Source: Catajapyx aquilonaris (lineage: Eukaryota). Taken from it: 41,700 bases of DNA. Both the position numbers and the translations under genes were made by a program. Below the pieces are notes generated by a model that worked only from the letters and a program-made list of their open reading frames with translations, searched no databases and was not told the DNA's origin. The stretch spans positions 1 through 41,700 of the forward strand of contig KZ538895.1 of assembly GCA_000934665.2 (NCBI GenBank), in the 5' to 3' direction. Shown piece after piece: positions 21,771 to 41,700 of this stretch. The first letter of the stretch is position 1. Every line of letters starts with the position of its first letter.

Positions 21771-24531
21771 GATAATCATTGCGTGAATACAGTTCACACT
21801 TTTCAATACCAATTGTGTACAGTACATCAGCAGGGATTTTTACTTAAAACATAAGGTCTTGAAATGTCCTGATTTACTGGAGAGGGTGGGAGAGGGCAAA
21901 GGGTCAAGGAAAAACACCCTGCCAACACACACTAATCTTGCATGCATTTCTTTTTTTTCTTTTTGTTGTAATTTTATTGCTAATCTTCTAATAATCTCCA
22001 ATAGGAAAAGTGGGAAATGGGACAAGGAGAGGTAACGAAGGAGTAATATAACGCAAGTATAAATAAGACTAAAGAATGGCAACTGCCTATTTTTTCTGTC
22101 TTCCCTTTAAATACAACCTCACATAAGTACCATCCGTGCAAGCACACCTAACGGAAGTGGAATGTCACTGAAGATATTGCGCAAGGAGAAGAGGGACATG
22201 GCGACTGAAGATGAAGTGGAGGATGTACTGTCAAATAAAAAATGGAGCAAAACCTGAAAGGCACCAAACTTGACCTTTCGCTCACACATCGACCCATCAT
22301 TAAAACAGAGGTCAAGCAGCGTCCCCCAAAAATGTGCGCCTTTTCTTGTTGAACACCATGTGGCTTGTCACTCGCCAAACACCCTACCACCACACCCCCC
22401 TCAACCCTACAAGGAGGAAAAATATATAAACAAACGTGAAAAAGGGCACTTCCAGGTCAGAAACTCGATTTGGTTGCTTGCCTGCGCACTCACACACTTT
22501 GTCTTTATGAGAAGGGTGTGGGGGCAAGGTGGGGGGGAGAGTGTGTATGCTGCACTCTTAAAAAACTCACGCTCAGACGGTTTGCTCAGGTGGGTGTACT
22601 CTGTCATGATCGTGACTCTGCCGCTGCTGCAATGAGACAAGCATTATTTACTAGTGCAAATGTCCACATTACAAAGTGAAGACAAGCAAGAGGCAACAGA
22701 CATGATAAGCTGAGGGTCCTTCATCATGCAGCAGGCATGATACACATGAGCACAACATGTAAGGTGGGCTAAGGAAAAGGCAAGGTTTAGTACTTACATG
22801 TTGTACAGGTAGGGGCCTCCACTTTTTAAGGGCTTTTACATAAGCAGAATTTTGGGATCTCAGCTGAATTTCCACCTAGTCTTGCATCCAAATTGCTTGC
22901 TTTTTTTTATTTGTGCAAAGAATTCCATCAGATTGAAGGGCAGTGGTAGAAAAGGGACAGTTGATACAAATATCAAAGACCAATCCACATCCACGAGGGA
23001 TGGAAGGCTTCAGGCCCAAAGCAGTCATGCTAATGCACGTGTGCACACACGCACATTGCACCTTACTTCAACTTATATGAAGTGACTGAACACTCAATTA
23101 TGTACCAGTGATTCAAGTATGTTGCACATATGAATGAAATGCAAGTGCCCAAATCAGTTGTGCGCACGTGCCAAGCCAGAATGAAAAGGCAAAGGTTAGA
23201 GGAGTGAGGATATGAACACACACTAGACTTCCACTATACAGACACGCTGTCTTTGGCCATACGCATGGATACATCTGTGCAGCATTTTCCCCAGAGTAGA
23301 TTACAATTCCCGTGCGTTCCAGTCCACACTATGCTAGTAACACAGGTTCATCCATGCATTATATTCATCCAAGTTATGATGCACACACTAACACATGTGG
23401 TTGTCTGTTCTGAGCTGCACAGGTATGAGGGATAACTGAAATTAAGCATGACCAGTGCATGCCATTCTGCCTTTTCTTAAAGTAATGCAATTCACTGAAA
23501 TAAAAATAATAAATGACAACAATGATGGCTTAAAAATTTGAAGGCACTAGCCAAATTGATCCAGATGCACAAATGCAATGCTGACAATCCCAGTCCTGAC
23601 CATACTTGCACACATTTTAAAATTTTTTCTTAAGTCTCTAGTTTTCCTCCCCTTTAAAAAAGATGTACAAATGAAGTTCCATTTTGAGTGAGGAGTCTAT
23701 TACAATGACCACTAGGTATCATCTATCACACTGAACTTGTACATCTTCCAACACCTTGTCCTAACCACAATGGACTATTTCTCTCTCAATTTTAACAATG
23801 TTTTTTTTAAATGCTTTTATCCATATTTTGTTGTATTTTTATGTGATTTTTACATGCTATTATACAAAGCAAAACAAATCAATCCTCACATTCTTCCACA
23901 ATAACTAATTCTATAACTGTACACAGGGTGGCCTGGAACTTCACATCTCTCTTCAAAGATAAATAAGGGTGTCATAAGGTTAACTCCATTTGATATCAAA
24001 CACATTATTACACAAAGAAATGCCTTGACTCTCAAAGTGCACACCAAGTTCCAAATCACCCTGCATACATATTTGCATTGTCATTGACTTATAAATTTAG
24101 AAATCTTCATTACATGTTTGTTAAAAATTGAACTGTTCTTCTACATAGTCATTTTCATATCTTGAGGCCCCCTACAGCTTAAGAAATTTTGATTTAGGTT
24201 TAATAATTTTTAGGCACCTAGTTGTTAAGCTCTCCTAACATCAGCCTTAAACTGCAGGAAGCCTCCTTGTTGCACTGTGACCTCAGTAATTTAAAGTGGC
24301 ACCCACACCACAGGAAAGCACGCAACATGATAGGCGGAAACAGACAGTTTGTACAGTACATCAGAAGGAAAATGTATCAGGAAAGAGAACCCCGTAAAAA
24401 TACACACGATCTGCGACTTTCAGATATAATAGCCCCTTGTACTCGCTCACTCATTCACTCTCACACCCAAAGAATAAAGCATAAGAGACAGTGGGGAGGC
24501 AGAGGGAGCTCCACACACTTCCCCCACTTGA

Positions 24532-36823
<12,292 letters not shown>

Positions 36824-37259
36824 GTTGCTGGTGATTATCGTGTCCACTTGCTAAGCAGAAGCGGTGACGGTGATGCTGCTGCTGGTGTTGCCGAGCCGTT
36901 GCAAGAGGGGGCGGGACGGGGCTGCCCACACCCCTTCCATCACGGTGCCATGCTGCCTAGAGCTGTGCCCCCACCTTTCCAGCAAACCCCCGTGTGCCCC
37001 ACCCCGCCAGGCACAGCCTTTCCCTAGTTCGATTTACCTTCCCATCCAAAGAGACCTGTACCTCCGCTTGTTCCGACGCTCCGTGGGCGTGGACACGTCC
37101 TGTCCGTCCGCTGCCACCGCACTGCGCCTCCCTCCTCCCTGCACGCCAGGGAGCGACGGGCAGGCCGCGAGGAGTGTGCAACTTCAGCGGGTGCAAGGGT
37201 TAGGGGGGCCAGCAAGTGCAGCGAAGAGACCGGGGAGAAAGGGAAGGGAGGAATGAAGG

Positions 37260-37760
37260 AAAGAAGAGGGTATAAAAGAAGACCAACCAACAAGTAAAGA
37301 TGGCCGACTGCGTTTGGCCTCTCGCAGGAGCGCCAACAGGAGGAGGAGGAGGAAGCTGGCTGCTGTAGCTGCTGTTTCTCGGGACTGGATGTAGCAGAGC
37401 TCATGCACGTCTCCAGGATGACTGGCGCTTTTCTGGCCAAATCACCCAGGGTGCCCTAACCTCATTAATTATAATTGTTAGTATTAATTAGGGAAATAGG
37501 AATAACGGCAATATGGCACACGACACCTGCTCAGCACACCTGTCCCCATCATTTACGCGCTGCAAGGCCCTCAACCCATACTTACTTTTAAAGAAATGTC
37601 CAGCTATGCAGCTGAAAGCATTCATATTTACATGGAGCATTTTGTAAACTGCATTCCGCTCTTGATTCCGCTGCATTCCATGGGGGAAATCCGGGCGGGT
37701 GTGTTGGCGACACTTGCTTTTCGGATTCCAAAATGGCGGAGGGACCCAACATGTCAGCGG
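37260..37760. promoter_or_regulatory. Bidirectional CpG-island promoter between PAP (minus) and PIG-F (plus)
   Basis: CpG-rich from about 36800 to 37900, between divergent ATGs at 36823 and 38542. YY1-like caaaatggcgg at 37729-37739 and aagatggccg at 37297-37306; GC box gggcggg at 37693-37699. Confidence 0.65.
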
Positions 37761-38541
37761 CCTCGTTCGATGACTTCTGAGCACCTTCTGAGTGGGGATT
37801 ATTGGCAATGTCTGGCTTCTTGTTGCTCCAGGGAGAAATGGACGACCTATCGTGACCCCCAGGGAAGGCACTTGTCGTGACGGAGAGGTGATTGATTATG
37901 TCATTATATGCCAGCCAGACAGCAGGAAAGGATGGGGACCCAACTGTGAAAGTTCTCTGTCTTTTCTTTGCCAAAGAGTTGTATACATTTGTGTAGTACG
38001 AGTAGAATACTATTGAACACAATCTAGCATCAGTAGTCATTAATTTGAAGTAGGTGTCATTATTCCAGCATAATAAAGCAAGTGTGTTCCCATGAACGAT
38101 GGACCGAAACCGGATATAAAATTGAACTCAAGTACATGCTACCAAAAGTGGTAAAATGATTACCAGTATGTCTTAAAAGCATAGGTGCTTTTGAATATTC
38201 TTATCAGTAGAAACACAAATGGTTATTTAGACACATTTACAAGGGATAAAGGGAAAATCTACATGATGAGCAAGATAACTTGAGACGGAGTGTTTGAAGT
38301 TCCCCTCCTGATGACAATTATATAATGTTATTTGTATACATTACATGAGCATTGTACCTGTGGGACATGCAGATATAGTGGCTGAGGCAATAGCATGTTG
38401 TTAGGACAGTATTTTCTCATGTAGGAGGAATATATATGGGTTCTCTCCATGTTCATATGGGTTTTATTATGCAATCCAGGAGCTTTAGAAAACTGCTTCT
38501 TTGACCATCCTATATTTCGCAGTCTCAGACCAACAGGCAAG

Positions 38542-39431
38542 ATGACAGATGCCTTCCAGCGGCGCCTCCTTTTGGTTTTGTCAGGGGTCCTGTCTACCTG
38601 CACTTCCCTATGCTTGGTGCTGGCCTTGCTGACTTCGGATCGCCCCTGGACAGGCCCTCGGTCTCTTCTGTGCTGGCATACCGTGGGCCTCCTATGCCTT
38701 GTGGAAGCAGCCAAGTTCTTAGCCATCACATATTTCCACATGCTGACATGGTCACGTGAGGAGGATGCTCTGCCATTACCCTTCTTCAGTCGCCATTCAG
38801 GAGGCAACAAGCACAGGTTGCCTGACCTGGATTACGTGGGGTTGAAAGCCATGTTCTTCCAGATGTGCAGCAGTGGCATCATGTTCCTTGCCTCCTGCCT
38901 CGCATTTTACGTTCTTGCTGTTTTGTTTGGTGCCCCATTCTTTGCCCAGGATGAGTCAACAGAAAATGGGACATTTGTGTTTGCAGCCCTGCTGTCCACG
39001 TTGACAACCCTCCCTCTGTCATATATGCTGGGATCAGCCTGGTATGCCCCATTCGTCCTGTTTGGACTAAGGTACTGAAACCTTTTGAACCAAATCAGTG
39101 CGCCAACTTGTACACTGTATGTGAATCAGAAATTTTTGATTGCAGGCCTAAAGGTGAAGTAGGCCAGATGCTGGAGAGAGTGACATGGACCACGCTGTTT
39201 GGTGCTTGGATGGGATCTGGAGCTATTCCTCTGGACTGGGACCGTCCATGGCAAGAATGGCCTGCCCCCTGTTGCATGGGAGCCATCTTGGCCCACATGA
39301 TAATTAACTTACTCCATTCTTTCTACTATGCCCCGCAGCTGTTGGCTTCTGCCATGCAACGATCCTACATGCAGTCCTCATCCTCACTAAGAGGACGCAA
39401 CACTCACCATCGATTCAGGAAACATCAGTGA
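38542..39431 (+). CDS. PIGF: Phosphatidylinositol-glycan biosynthesis class F protein (GPI11/PIG-F), ~271 aa
   Basis: Exons 38542-39071 and 39146-39431, joined by a phase-2 GT-AG intron. Multi-TM hydrophobic protein with AVLFGAP and GAWMGSGAIPLDWDRPWQEWP motifs. An acceptor caacAG at 38536 just before the ATG implies an upstream UTR exon. Confidence 0.92.
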
Positions 39432-39473
39432 CAACTTTTGTAATTTATAGTGTTATTAAACTGTTTTAGCACA

Positions 39474-39515
39474 TTTATTAATGGGATTTGTGTCTTACAT
39501 GAAGAACTCAATAAA
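39474..39515. terminator. Crossed polyadenylation signals of PSMC1 (minus, 39474-39479) and PIG-F (plus, 39510-39515)
   Basis: tttatt at 39474 and aataaa at 39510 lie inside the 116-bp gap between the two stop codons. There is also a plus-strand ATTAAA at 39455-39460. Confidence 0.65.
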
Positions 39516-39547
39516 GGGGTGTGGAGAGGGGCTAATGGAAAGCATAT

Positions 39548-41310
<1,763 letters not shown>

Positions 41311-41700
41311 CTACGAACAAAGTATTATAATGTCAGCCTCCCATCTCTTCATAGCAAGAATTTCTTCATTTGAGCTGCTAACGTCCTCTACACACTGGCT
41401 CAGCACTCGTTTTAGTACTAAGCATTAAAAATCTGCCAATTAGCGCAGGCCTGTCTAATGGAGTGCTTGTACAACATTTCACAGCAAGGACCAATTTTTT
41501 TAAATCCTTGAATTGCAAATTCTGTTCAGAGCACTGTACATGAAAGCCTGTTGTCCTAATCAGAATTCAACTCATCCCAAAAAAATGGTCAACAAATTAA
41601 AGCTGCAATGGGGAACTAGCCTTCATTTTGGAAACTACATAATAAATTCGCCCATATTTTTTGGATTTTTTTGGCATATTCCGTTTTAAGATATCAGTTC

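Overview
Eukaryotic genomic DNA with spliceosomal introns. The PAP N-terminus and the repeat types suggest an arthropod, probably an insect (inference). The window holds five tightly packed genes. (1) A kinectin/RRBP1(p180)-like ER membrane coiled-coil gene on the minus strand, with 11 coding exons visible and its 3' end outside the window. (2) Churchill (minus). (3) A canonical poly(A) polymerase, hiiragi/PAPOLA-type (minus). (4) PIG-F (plus), head-to-head with PAP. (5) The 3' part of the 26S proteasome ATPase Rpt2/PSMC1 (minus), tail-to-tail with PIG-F. The introns carry a decayed full-length mariner, Tigger/pogo-, mariner-, Harbinger- and hAT-type MITEs, a tRNA-derived SINE, foldback hairpins and a tiny retrotransposition footprint. 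I cannot support a wholly new biological system. The best leads are: a MITE that, from recall, closely resembles mammalian MER2/MER2B (possible horizontal transfer); a ~640 bp foldback plus a third arm in a PAP intron; an xxPEKK hexapeptide array at the position of the p180 repeat; an in-frame stop-free GC-AG intron splitting a conserved Churchill His codon; uORFs in the PAP leader; and overlapping PIG-F/PSMC1 3' ends. Exon boundaries were read by hand from GT-AG signals and frame continuity. No database searches were run.
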